This document shows, one piece after another, positions 1-10,589 of a DNA stretch of 23,899 nt. The translations under genes were made by a program, and so were the position numbers. Positions within the stretch are counted from its first letter, which is position 1. Every line of letters starts with the position of its first letter. The notes beneath the pieces were generated by a model that was not told the origin of the DNA, made no database searches, and saw nothing but the letters and a program-made list of their open reading frames with translations. Source of the stretch: Azolla caroliniana (lineage: Eukaryota; Plantae; Polypodiophyta); the NCBI GenBank assembly GCA_043228905.1, contig JBHGNT010000463.1, positions 1-23,899 on the forward strand, given 5' to 3'.

Positions 1-807
1 AAATTGATGGAACACCATGCCTTATCTCTACACATGTAACATTTGTGTGCACCAAAGGATATAGCTATTACCTCATCAAGGATATTATTGTATATCCAAA
101 TATCCCTTGACGTATTACTATATAGCAATGAAAGAGAAGATCATCCCCCAAAATGAGATGATGAATAAAAATTCTCTCATTCGCCCACATCATGACAAGA
201 CCATCATATCACAAACACATGGTTATTAATTTGAGTAAGCAAATGCCTAATCCCATACCGCAACCATCCATAACATTGTATATGTGTGCATGGCATTATT
301 GACAAAGCAATGTATACCTCTTAGTGTGAGGAGAATTGAATATCATCCCTCTCACTTAGTTTTAAAGATAACTTAATTTATTGAAGCATACAAACTTCAT
401 AAAGATTGAGAAAGATTGGTGTTAGGATTTCACATTCTAAAATTGTTGTACTTGGTTTGCCTTTTGATAACAAAGCTCACCAAAAATCCTAGAAAAGAAA
501 GACTCACCAAAAAAGATCCCCCATTTTTAAAAACCAAGCTAATAGTAAAATTAAAGTCTGAAAAATAGAATACAGCATTTGGCATCAAGCTTCAACACAA
601 ATCTAATGTCTACACACAAGGTAAGACATCGGATCAACAAGCAAATATTTAGCAAAATTACATGACGATTAAAAATTGGAATGCTCAGTGTACAGTATTA
701 ATTGATTCCTGAGGAATACAAGCCTTGGGCCTATATATACATTACAACTTGATCCATCATTTTGATTGGGTCTAATCCCCAAGATTCTTAAGTTATTTTT
801 GGGAATA

Positions 808-939
808 CTATGAATCAGGTGTGTGGCTTGTTGCAACAACATTCATGCAAGATGCATTTGGATGTTTCGGCATCCACTTCCCTTTGTCAAAAGTATTTAA
901 TGTTTTTACTCTTATTTCACCATCAGGAAAAATGGACAC
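808..939 (-). CDS. Sfi1-like gene probable last coding exon (VSIFPDGEIRVKTL...HTPDS*)
   Basis: Acceptor ttttacag|GTG; TAG at 810-808. Confidence 0.72.
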   Translation of the reverse strand: MSIFPDGEIRVKTLNTFDKGKWMPKHPNASCMNVVATSHTPDS

Positions 940-3900
940 CTGTAAAACAATTGGAGTTAAAAAATAGACAGTCAAATTCAGAACACAAATTACAAAGCTA
1001 GAAAACTGCAAGTCATTTAGAATATAATAATCTCAGCAAGTATCCAAGAAGGTTTTAGTGGAATTGGCTATATACAATAAATCTAAAGAATCAAGTTGAT
1101 CTAATCTTTGCTTTAAGTCCTTGTTTGAGGAAGTAGGTTTATTCACTCTCACTTTAATCATATGCATTCCTTTTTTGAGTTCAATTCTTTACTAGTTTAT
1201 AAAACTATTCACAACTGCATTCAAATTTTGATGTTAAATGAAGAATTTATTTTCACGTTTCTAACACAAACACTCAGCATAACAAATAATTGTTAACTGG
1301 AAATGAAAATGATAACAAAGAAAGAGTTTTGCAAACAGTTTACACACCTTGTCCATAGCTAGACGGTCTGTGCCATATAAATATTCCTGATCAATTCCTC
1401 TTTTACTAGCCTAAAACACAAGAATTTTTAAAAAAATTATATGTTACGCGTTGCAACTTGGTTAGAAGTCTTTAGATATTCATTTTCTAATTCTACTTAA
1501 CAAAACAAACCAATCTATTTTAGTAAATGGAATCAATGTGTTTGCCCATGAAGGTTACTGTTTGTCCAATCTATTTTAGAAAATGATATTAAGCCCAATG
1601 AAGATTACTGTTTGCCCATTGTCTTTGAATATTTTCTCTATGGTGTGGGTGTATGTAGATTGAAGAAATTCCTCTATGATCGAAACCCGTGACCCCTATA
1701 AAATAATGAAATCCGAGCTATCACTGTGTCTTCTCTGGTGCATAAGTCTGCCCACTAGATTTTCTTTAGTACAATGCATTCATACAAATTTCTACTTTCT
1801 TACAGATATTTCCTATAAACAACTATGATCATGTTTATCAATCACTTTATCTTATTGTAGTCAATTAAATGGATGATGGTGTCAGTCGTATGATCACTTT
1901 GTTCTCGTATGTCATTGTGGCTACACCATTCCTGAGTAGAAATCCATTCTACTACATAAATGTGATGTACACAGAACAAGCACATACACACATTTGAAGT
2001 TGCATTTAAAATGAAGAGTATGTCTTACATCAAGTTTGAGAGCTCGTACAACAGTATTGAAGCTTGATGCACCCTTAATCAGCATTTTATTATGATGGAT
2101 AAAATTCTGCCACTCAACAAAATAGAATTAAAAATATTAGTTCAGTTACCATATATCTGAACACACGTTTAAGTAAAAAATTAAACAGGCATCCAGTTTA
2201 TAATAACAAAAACGTCTCCCTAAATATGCAGGCTTCATTATATCATATATGGCATGTGTTTATATACTAGTTCTCTTGTATATATAAAGTGCTTGTGCAT
2301 GCTTTGCATGTTGAAATTTAAACACATGCAATCAGTACCCTTCAAATACCATCCACGACAGAAATTTCTGAAGGTTTCAATGTAAATGTCATGTTACATG
2401 TAGATTATTATATGTGATGCAATACAAGCCAAGAAAATAGTATACTTACTGCCAAAACATAAATTAAGTAGATAAAAAAGTTATGTTTTTGTAGTGGAAT
2501 CACATAAATAATTTTCATGGATTACTTACATTTCCAAACATTTGATCCTTGAAATGTTGCATCTCATCATTATTCTTTTGCTTTTGCTCCAATGCAGCAG
2601 TTTGTTGCTGCTGCAAATGGTCAATTAACGACATCAATGCCTCACGCTCACCAGCAAGCACATCCTTAGCTTGTAAAATATCTGCCAATTGCTGTTTTCC
2701 CCATTCCCCAGACTCCACAACCTGAGACAGCCGTCTGCATTCCAGCTTGGATCTCTCATTTTCCTTCTCAATGACTGCTACATATTCTTCCAGCTTCACA
2801 AACTTCTTTTTCCCTTGTAACTATCACAATTGTGTTTCTTAGACTATACCTTCTTTTTCAATGAATGTACTTATTAGTTAGAAAATAATAAATTACTGCT
2901 TTTACATGGATCATTCCAATGCTCTCCTTTGGGCTTTAGATAAAAACAAATGGTTAAAAGGTTAACTTGTTCCTATATTTCAGATATAGGCAGTTTTTCT
3001 TTCATCATGGAGTTCAGTTTCATTATCATCATTAAATTTCCACCATATGTGATGTGCAATAAGTAGTTCTATCTGTACAAAGAATATTTAATTGGTCCCT
3101 CTCCCTCTCATGTATACTTTTATAGACGGTCAATATCTAGCTGGAAAAGGATAGTGACACCAGCATCAAATTACGATAGAGCACATTACTTTCAAAAGAG
3201 GTTTCTAGATTTCAAGTATTTATAAATCTTGTCATACACATGCACATTTGTGTGCATGTGTTCGTTCATACACATACTCATCCTCACACTCACACTCATA
3301 TACATTACATACACAACATCCACTCTATCGTCTTTCACCCTTATCCCTCCCCATACATCTCATATGGGTAACACTACACATGTAAAAGAATCCTATGAAG
3401 TTAAACTGTTATCTTTCCTTACTTGCATGAAGAGAAGCCAAGCTCTATAAGCCATCTTCAACTTGTGGCGATTCATTTTCCTTATAACTCGATTTTGAAA
3501 GCATTGCCACCATTTCTCATCTTGACAAGCATGTCTAAATGCATTGAAATACCACAACAATTGCTTTCTTTGTATCCTTGATTTCATTTCTTTATCCCTT
3601 CTTACTTGTCTAACCCATGATACAAAAACTTGGGAGAGCCGGCATCTTGCAATTTTCCGTAAGTAAATATCTAGCTGAAAGTTCTTGTACCTCCAAGCTC
3701 TAAAGCATGCACCTAAACGCTTGTTTGTAATTCTTTTTACCACTCTCCTATACACGAGACTTGCTTGTGAATAATAGAATTACATCCCTATTATCGAAAA
3801 AGGAAAGGTGAACAGAAATCTTACATATGGAATAATTTCACTTTTGTAACAAGATTCCACATCTCGAATATATGACAGAGTCTCCTCTTCAACAATTTTT

Positions 3901-6900
3901 GATAGAGAACAATTAATGAAAGACGCCTTGTCTTTACAAGATGACATCCTTCCTGCAACATATACATATGTTCTATTAAGATAGATTGAATCACAAGGAC
4001 ATATTCATCAAATGCTTTTAGAATAGCCGTAACTGTGTTGCTGCAATACATTATAGCCAAAATGCATTGGTTGCATAGAGTATGTGGGTCTCTGAAATGA
4101 ACTCATTGCCAGTACAGAGAAATAAAGAAAACCCTTATCATGAAATATCTATGTTACTTATGGCTCTTGAAAAACCAGAAATCCATCGAAAGATTCTGAT
4201 TCTGAACCAACTGGTTCATATGTTTGCCAAGGTGTGTATTTATTAATTAAATGTGTAAAAAGTCTTTCAGAATTGCTGTGTGGCCTCTTTGATTACAGCA
4301 TTTTAATTCTTATACAAACTCAGTGTTTAGAGTTAGAGATCTAAGGTTTGAGGAGGAAATAAACAGTACAAAAAAATTTGCTGCTATTGATTATCCCCTT
4401 GTACAAACCACATAAAATTCTATTACTCAATCTACATATCCAAGATAAATAAATACTGAGTACAAAAGAGACCTACTAGGAAAGCAAAAAATATTCGTTC
4501 TAATCGCTTGTGGTGCATGAAAACTTCTGCCCTTCTTCCTAAGCGCTCTTTGAGTTTATCATTCATGTCTTTAAGAATTCGTTTCTCTTTTCTAATACAT
4601 TTAAAATTTCAACCAAGAAACTAAATGTGAGATTTGTTACCACAAAGGAAGATTTTAGATGGCACCTATTCTTAAACATACAAGTTTGTAAACAAAGTGC
4701 TACCTGCGATCTAAAGTTTTTTGTTTTCTTTTTCGTACAAATTCAATCCATAATGTCCTGTATAAGTTAAGTCGAAATTTTAAGCAACATATCTAAGGAT
4801 TATAATCAACCTGCAATTTATAATTAGCTCAATATATATTCATTTAACTTCTTTAGTGTACACATGGCATCATTCACCTCAATTTCCAGTATAATATTAT
4901 TTGGTTTGAACTTTGTATACACTGTGGAACTAGCATCACTGAATGAAAAATTACATTATAAACTATTTTAGAATTTGAAGTGTACTCGAAAGAATATTCA
5001 AATTTCGAAAATTATACCCATGGGCTGCCCATTTATTTCCAATGATTGTAATGCCCTATTGCTAACACGAATTGTCCCTCATGGAAGCCTGCTTGCGCAT
5101 AATCATCCCTATCCCTTCTTGGGGTGGTCTATTTTTGACAGTTGTATGCTTTCAATATATCTTAGGGCATATCTACGTACAGATAGATTTTACCTTTACT
5201 TTTCTATCCTGCATTGACTCCCGATTGTCTCTCCCCATTCCTGGACTCTGGTCTTACACCCCATCCCTTGTGACAATGTTCTATACTTCTGTATAATTTT
5301 TTATTTGTTAAAAGGGATGTTACCATAATTTCAATCTTGATCATTTTGAAGTCAATTTCAATTCCTTGTGAGCCATTTTTCCACCCATTATTGTTTCAGT
5401 GTCACACTGCTATGCCAATGTTTAGCCCTTCGAATACATAAAGTTGCATTCAAACTACATTTTTCTTGGGATCTTCTTTCTTCAGTTTGCTCTCTCCAGA
5501 GGAGTTTTTAACAAAGGTTTATGATTACAGAGAGATAGGACACAATTTTAATTTAGAAACTGGAGATCAGTGCAAACTCAGGGCCAAGATGCCTATTTAT
5601 AAGATGCACAGTGAGCAACCCAAGAGAACCCTTAGATATTCAAAAAACAATATTGCACATTATAGGTTTATTTCTTGTGAATGTCTCTGACTGATTGGAT
5701 GAACAAAAGAAAATCTCATATCACATCAACTACAACTAATGAATGCTATGTTGCAGGGGTTCTTAATGATGAAGGCACAGTAGGAAAAAATATAGACTGT
5801 AACTATTGCCTTGTCTACTCAATACATGTGTTCCATAGATGCAAGAAATGGCATTTCTTACTTCAGAAATGGAGCAGTTGTTTCCTCTGAAGAAAATCAT
5901 GGTTTCTTAGCATCCAAAATCTGGGTTTATGAAGCCTTTTTCTTATTCTATTCTCCCATTTTCCTTGGTTTTTTGACTGGCTGTTCAATAAATCTCTTCT
6001 ATGGAAGGCTCCAAGAGATTGTTATGATAGATGGAGCTATAACATTTTGACATGCATGCAATATATATCCACTAGGAAGACAATACCATTCTAAGCATAA
6101 ATCAGCTAGTTAACAAGGAAAAATCACAATACGCTAAAAACAGTTACCTACCACAGACGATGTAGAAGGTGGCGACGTAAAACCTTTTCCACAGATGCTT
6201 GAAGTCTTTTATACTTTCTATTTCTCAATAAATCCAAGCACCATGCTTTAAATGCACGGGATAGCAATCCTTGTGTTAATAGCATCCTTGCCCGATACAG
6301 CATTATTTTTTTCTCATTTTTCTTGTCAATATAAAGTCTCCAACCCATCAATGCAGCTCTTAAGTATCTAAAATTGTGTTTTCTCACCTGGATATTAAGT
6401 TTTGGGCATAAATATACTGTCATGATTCTCTACAATAGATAATATGGTACTGCAATAGACGATGTAGACTTATTTATATATGGGACAACTGTATCTCGAT
6501 CATTCAAAAGCACATGAAAAAGCATACTTGATGCAGAATTGAACATACCTGTATTAATAGCAATGACCGATTCTTCTCAATAGAAGCTTTAACTCTCTCT
6601 GCATTTGCAGCTAGTTCATCAATCTGCTTGTATGCCATTCTCACAGGCAATTCATGTTCTTGAATTGCTAACTTCAAAATCTGAAAATTGTAGACCATCA
6701 ACTATATAAACTGCAATAAATATCCCTGGATGTTTTCACAGTATGCCTTCTTTTGGGATTTTCCTGCTTTTTGTGTTTACTTTTTACTACCTATCTTACC
6801 TGCCCATTATGTTCCCTATTAACGAGTAAGAGTAAAATGGGCTTGTAAATTGAGTGGATATGAGTGAGGGAAAAGGAGAGAAGAAAAACACAACAAAAAT

Positions 6901-7779
6901 AAAAAATAAATAACGAGTATAAAACAGAAATATGTAACAGAAATCAATAAAAGAGAAGTGCATCTCAAGGTATACATTTTCTCCACCATTTCATGCACTC
7001 CATTGATTAAATGCTCTAGCTAACCATACCTATGTCAAAAGAAAACATGAGAAGATGATGTGCGCCAATTAGAATATAGTCTAGATACGTTATGCTCGAT
7101 ACAATCCATTTGATTCAATATATACTAACAAAAATATGTACATAAGGGAAAGAATCCCCTAAAACACATTAGATTGATCATTCGACAATCCGTATGCTTT
7201 TTTGACATGGATGCTCCCCTCTAATAAGGTAGTGGTCGGGTCGGTGAGACATATCTCCAGCTCTCATTCGACTTATTCACTATTCATTGGTCAATCAGGA
7301 GAGATTTTCTGAATGTTATTGTGGTTTATTCATTATTGTTGTTTTTGTGATCGAATTGAAATGATCACAAGCAATCGTCCAACCATAATGTTTCGTTTTA
7401 TTTATTTATTAACAGATAAATACACGAATAAGATCAATACTCAGAGCATTAAAGAGATATATAAAAGAATTTCAGCTAAAAATACCTTCATTAGAGAATG
7501 TGTTTCAGTCGGGTTAATGTGGTTGGTGACTGCCGCATGTCGACTTAATCTCCTCTTCTGCAACACTTTTCGCACACCTTCGAGATCATCATTATCTGTA
7601 CTAGCACAGCTTGATCTATCACTTACATCTGAAGATGCATAAAGAGCCTTTTTTCCTAAGAAAGGTTCTGAATTAAACCCCAGATTCTGATGCTCCAAGG
7701 GAGAAGAAAGATCGTCTGATACAGAGGTCATCTGATCTGAAATAATGGGATTAGGGTCAGAAGTCTCAGAGTTCTCCAT
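808..7779 (-). CDS. Sfi1-repeat (centrin-binding-like)/coiled-coil protein gene. Open exons: 7779-7486, 6680-6549, 6387-(6184 or 6148), 4792-4704, 4591-4477, 3952-3825, 3747-3423, 2820-2530, 2106-2029, 1410-1348, 939-808. Partly decayed; functional status uncertain
   Basis: GT-AG exons with consistent phases from 4792 to the stop at 810-808 (1221 nt, open). One repeat matches the Sfi1 consensus A-x7-LL-x3-F-x2-W exactly (ARMLLTQGLLSRAFKAW). Aromatic anchors recur every 26-33 aa, including across splice junctions. An open ~616-aa model exists if an internal donor at 6184 (AAG|GTTTTA) is used and the damaged exons are skipped. Confidence 0.7.
1348..1410 (-). CDS. Sfi1-like gene exon (ASKRGIDQEYLYGTDRLAMDK)
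   Basis: Acceptor ttttag|GCT, donor AAG|GTGTGT; 63 nt, phase 0-0. Confidence 0.75.
1510..1618 (+). repeat. ~55-bp imperfect tandem duplication in an intron
   Basis: CCAATCTATTTTAG...ATGAAG.TTACTGTTTG.CCA occurs twice. Confidence 0.8.
2029..2106 (-). CDS. Sfi1-like gene exon (NFIHHNKMLIKGASSFNTVVRALKLD)
   Basis: Acceptor ggcag|AAT, donor GAT|GTAAGA; 78 nt, phase 0-0. Confidence 0.78.
2530..2820 (-). CDS. Sfi1-like gene exon, coiled-coil region (LQGKKKFVKLEEY...HFKDQMFGN)
   Basis: Acceptor gatag|TTA, donor AAT|GTAAGT; 291 nt; E/Q/K/L-rich heptad-like sequence. Confidence 0.82.
3423..3747 (-). CDS. Sfi1-like gene exon with four repeats (FRAW, FVSW, FNAF, YRAW)
   Basis: Acceptor tatag|G (phase 2), donor CAA|GTAAGG; repeat spacings of 26, 26 and 33 aa. 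Confidence 0.82.
3825..3952 (-). CDS. Sfi1-like gene exon (EGCHLVK...RLCHIFEMWNLVTKVKLFH-M)
   Basis: Acceptor ttgcag|GAA, donor AT|GTAAGA; 33-aa spacing to the previous repeat holds across the junction. Confidence 0.8.
4477..4591 (-). CDS. Sfi1-like gene exon (KEKRILKD...RAEVFMHHKRLERIFFAFL)
   Basis: Acceptor attag|A, donor CTA|GTAGGT; contains an Sfi1-like repeat; absent from the ORF track. Confidence 0.75.
4704..4792 (-). CDS. Sfi1-like gene exon (ICCLKFRLNLYRTLWIEFVRKRKQKTLDR-R)
   Basis: Donor CAG|GTAGCA, phase 2, matching the next exon. Acceptor is ambiguous: 4792 is open, 4810 includes an in-frame TAG. Confidence 0.55.
5018..6090 (-). pseudogene. Decayed central exons of the Sfi1-like gene (~6090-5860, ~5500-5360, 5288-5194, 5128-5018)
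   Basis: Remnant peptides YHNNLL/GAFHR, LQRKQLLHF*, WREQTEERRSQEK...RRAKHWHSSVTLKQ*W, KYRTLSQG...RKVK and QFVLAIGHYNHWK*. Two remnants keep AG/GT boundaries (95 nt with a frameshift; 111 nt with a TAA). Confidence 0.5.
6148..6387 (-). CDS. Sfi1-like gene exon with 2.5 Sfi1 repeats; its last codon before the best donor is TAG
   Basis: Acceptor atccag|GTG; Trp residues 33 aa apart; ends TGG TAG|GTAACT; alternative donors at 6184 and 6152. Confidence 0.75.
   Translation of the reverse strand: MRKHNFRYLRAALMGWRLYIDKKNEKKIMLYRARMLLTQGLLSRAFKAWCLDLLRNRKYKRLQASVEKVLRRHLLHRLW
6549..6680 (-). CDS. Sfi1-like gene exon (ILKLAIQEHELPVRMAYKQIDELAANAERVKASIEKNRSLLLIQ)
   Basis: Acceptor ttttcag|ATT, donor CAG|GTATGT; 132 nt, phase 0-0. 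Confidence 0.75.
6976..7029 (-). pseudogene. Stop-containing 54-nt exon of the Sfi1-like gene (VWLARAFNQWSA*NGGEN)
   Basis: Polypyrimidine tract plus catag acceptor, AAT|GTATAC donor, phase 0-0 like its neighbours; LARAFNQW is an Sfi1 core; in-frame TGA. Confidence 0.55.
7486..7779 (-). CDS. Sfi1-like gene, first coding exon (Ser/Asp-rich, probably disordered N-terminus)
   Basis: ATG at 7779 with an in-frame TAA 13 codons upstream; donor AAG|GTATTT, phase 0. Confidence 0.6.
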
Positions 7780-7815
7780 GGAAGCAGAAGAAGAAGAGCT
7801 TGGTAACGTATTCTT

Positions 7816-7965
7816 TTAGCTTCTGCTTGTACTGCTCACTACTTTACACTGTGGTTGGAACTTGGAGAATTCTGCTTCATCAGGGCATCTTTCTTCTTCA
7901 TTAGGGTTTTCATTCGCTCTGTTTGTTGAAGTGCTCTTCTGAGCTTGGATCATCTGGCATCTCAT
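7816..7965 (-). promoter_or_regulatory. In-frame upstream ORF (49 aa) of the Sfi1-like gene, overlapped by two more uORFs
   Basis: ATG 7965 to TAA 7818-7816 in the same frame as ATG 7779; other uORFs at 8008-7910 and from 7913 (MKTLMKKK...). Confidence 0.45.
7901..7909 (-). promoter_or_regulatory. Telo-box AAACCCTAA in the putative 5' leader
   Basis: Exact motif (ttagggttt on +) about 120 nt upstream of the ATG; function inferred only. Confidence 0.35.
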
Positions 7966-8084
7966 AACTGTCTCCAAATAATGAAGAACAAAGCAGCAGC
8001 TTTTGCATTTTAACTGTTAATAATAATAATTTTTTATTTTTATTTTTATTATGATTATTCGAATATACCGCATTTTGAATCTTG

Positions 8085-8119
<35 letters not shown>
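8085..8119. repeat. (ATT)n microsatellite upstream of the Sfi1-like gene
   Basis: Direct reading. Confidence 0.95.
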
Positions 8120-8122
<3 letters not shown>

Positions 8123-10414
8123 CATATTGTGGTGTCTCTTATACATATAAATTATTAATTTGGAAATATTAGCAAGGAAAACCACCTGATTAGCAAATTA
8201 CTATGGAGTCATTAAGCCTTCGTAATGAATTAAGTGTTTGTTAAGTGCATTGCCAAACTTCTTACAATGGCTAATTATTAATCACTGGAGTGGCTCCCCT
8301 ACCTGATTAATTCTTCAATCAGACATAATCTTGACATAAGTTGGCTCAATTGTTCACTTTTGTTTGTTATTGGTTATGACTCGAATATGCAATTGCCCAA
8401 ATAATGGGTGTTTGATTATTAATGCTTCGAATTGTCTCTTCATTTCGTTCCCTATGTTCTTATTAGCTCTTTAAAAAAGGAATGATGATTGGTCGTTTCC
8501 AAAAAAATTGATGATTTTTCCTATAAATTCTTGGAAATAAATATATTGGTATAAAGAATGCCATTGATTGTTACATGCATGGCCATAAGTTATCCTGTGG
8601 TAGTTTGCAATGCCCCAACAAAAGACAACTTCATTGCCTATTGAGGTTGTCGTTGGTGTTGCATTCCCTCTTGATTCACAACCCCAAGCTCATTCGGAAT
8701 TCCAAGAGCACTTTTGCCGTGATCCCAAAAATCTGACCCTTGACAATGATCTCTCTTTTCCTTTTTGTAGGCCTTTGGAGCTCTTCGTGCAAATAGTATC
8801 TCTCATTTTTCACTTTCACATGCACCTTCACTTATCTTCCTCGAACACTTGGCATGCACAAAATGTCGATTACCATGTCCATCTATTTCACATTCCTTTT
8901 TTTCTTTCCAAAACAAAATATCCTTCCATTAGTTTTAAAAAACCTATCAAGTACAAACTACAAAAGAGATGAAAAAGAAGAGGAAAAAGGACTATCCCAA
9001 TGACTAGCCATAGATCATGCCGCCTACTTTATCATACCAAAAAATGACATCATAATAATTAGACACCTTACACATGCCTTCAAGGATAGAGTTGTATAGC
9101 ATCCTCATTCTTATCCTACTCAATATATCCCAATAACATGAGAAGCCGTTGTATCATATCTCCTCAAATCATATGTGATAAATGGTGACCTTCAACTTGC
9201 CTTCATTACATAATGTGCTCATGCTTCAATTGGTGCTCCACCTTTACAGTTCCAATCTTCGCTGATCCATGCTCAACATATCTTGTAATAGATGCATTTC
9301 ACACGACAACATGTTTTTTTGCAAGAATACCATTTCACATTCCTTTTATTTGTCCCATCCCATGGACATCGCCTTTATCTTTTACAGTCCAAAGAAAACT
9401 AAAACCCTTGATCTTTTTGTTCCTAGAGAAAGCTCTTGATGATTGAGCTATGTTTTTTTGTTGCTTTAATTTTTATCATGTCTCATGTCCTTCTTGTCAC
9501 ACCTTTGCTCTATCCGTCAACCTTTATAAAATAACTTTGATGTATTCCCTCATGTGAGCTTCCCACATCACAATGTGTAGTTTTCCTTTTTCCTTTTTCT
9601 TTCTCACCCAATTCCTTGCTTTCAATCTTGATCCGAAATCAATCACAAAGTTGTTGAAATCTAGCATAGAAATTCAAGTTGTGGGTAGAAAAGAACTAAT
9701 CAATCTTGTTTGCAATGATTTTCACTAGATCTAAACTTGAGTAGTGGGATACATGTGATTTGCTCGGGACCACACAAAAGAGCTTCTATGTGGGTTTCAT
9801 AAGGATACAAATGTGCTTTCTCATGGAGAGCCTTATTGAGTACTTCTTTCATGTTGAGTAGTTGTGGACAAGTGGCCCACGTGTCCGATGTGAAAGAATA
9901 TATCTACAAGTTCTAAGGAAAAACTAATGTTATCACACTGAGGAAAGCCTTGCAAAGAATTCCTTATCACTTGGCGGGATTCTTTATGTACCTTCTTTTC
10001 ACTTCTTTCTTTGAGTGTTGTTCGTATATAGATTTACATTTAAGATATACATACAAAATTGATTTGGGCAATTAGTCTATTTAAAGTGTTTTTAATAGAT
10101 TACATTGGGGTATAGAAGTTATCAATTCCACTAATTATAAAGAGATTCGGGAAGAAAATAAAATATGCAAGAATTTGGGGGGATATTTGGATTCAGGATT
10201 GCGAGCCTATGATTGATGAGTGTTGGATTGGTCATTATTGTTGCATTGGTCATTGTAGGCTTCCCACAAGTCCTCTTGATTCATTTTCCATTACATATGT
10301 TCACCTTGTCAATGTAACTTAGGCATTCAAATCAAGAAATAACCAAACCCGACAATGATGTCCCTTGCAAAATGTATTGCTTCCTTGTCATCACTTATTT
10401 ATTGCAGCTCCAAT

Positions 10415-10432
10415 CCCCCCCCCCCCCCCCCC
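10415..10432. repeat. Poly-C tract (18 nt)
   Basis: Direct reading. Confidence 0.95.
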
Positions 10433-10589
10433 TTTTCAAATCTTTGACTACTTTGTTAGCAATTATTAGAGCTCCACATTTGACTTAAGCATTGTTATTG
10501 TTTCAATTATCTTCTTCTTGCTTTTTCTTTCGTGATTACTTCGATTAGAATCTCGAGCTTTGTACAACTTACCTTTTCCTCACGTCGGA

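Noticed and set aside
2895-3072. Possible extra minus-strand exon (IELLIAHHIWWKFNDDNETELHDERKTAYI*)
   Set aside because: It has an acceptor but ends in a stop with no clear donor, and the flanking exons join in frame without it. It might be another decayed exon but is unsupported.
7313-7642. Plus-strand ORFs opposite exons (also 810-1001, and the minus-strand ORF 19361-19543)
   Set aside because: Antisense shadows of real coding exons, with no independent motifs.
6148-7818. U-to-C RNA editing or readthrough rescuing the TAA, TGA and TAG stops in the Sfi1-like gene
   Set aside because: Reverse editing in ferns and hornworts is known only for organellar transcripts; this is a spliceosomal nuclear gene, and it also has frameshifted remnants.
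7910-8185. 91-aa ORF with a poly-Ile run
   Set aside because: The poly-Ile comes from the (ATT)n microsatellite; only the last 32 codons are considered, as a uORF.
8300-10020. Possible decayed LTR-retrotransposon gag/LTR region, including the 120-aa + ORF at 8610-8972
   Set aside because: The texture suggests old TE sequence on the minus strand, but I found no unambiguous gag, protease or RT motif, PBS or TSD; left unannotated.
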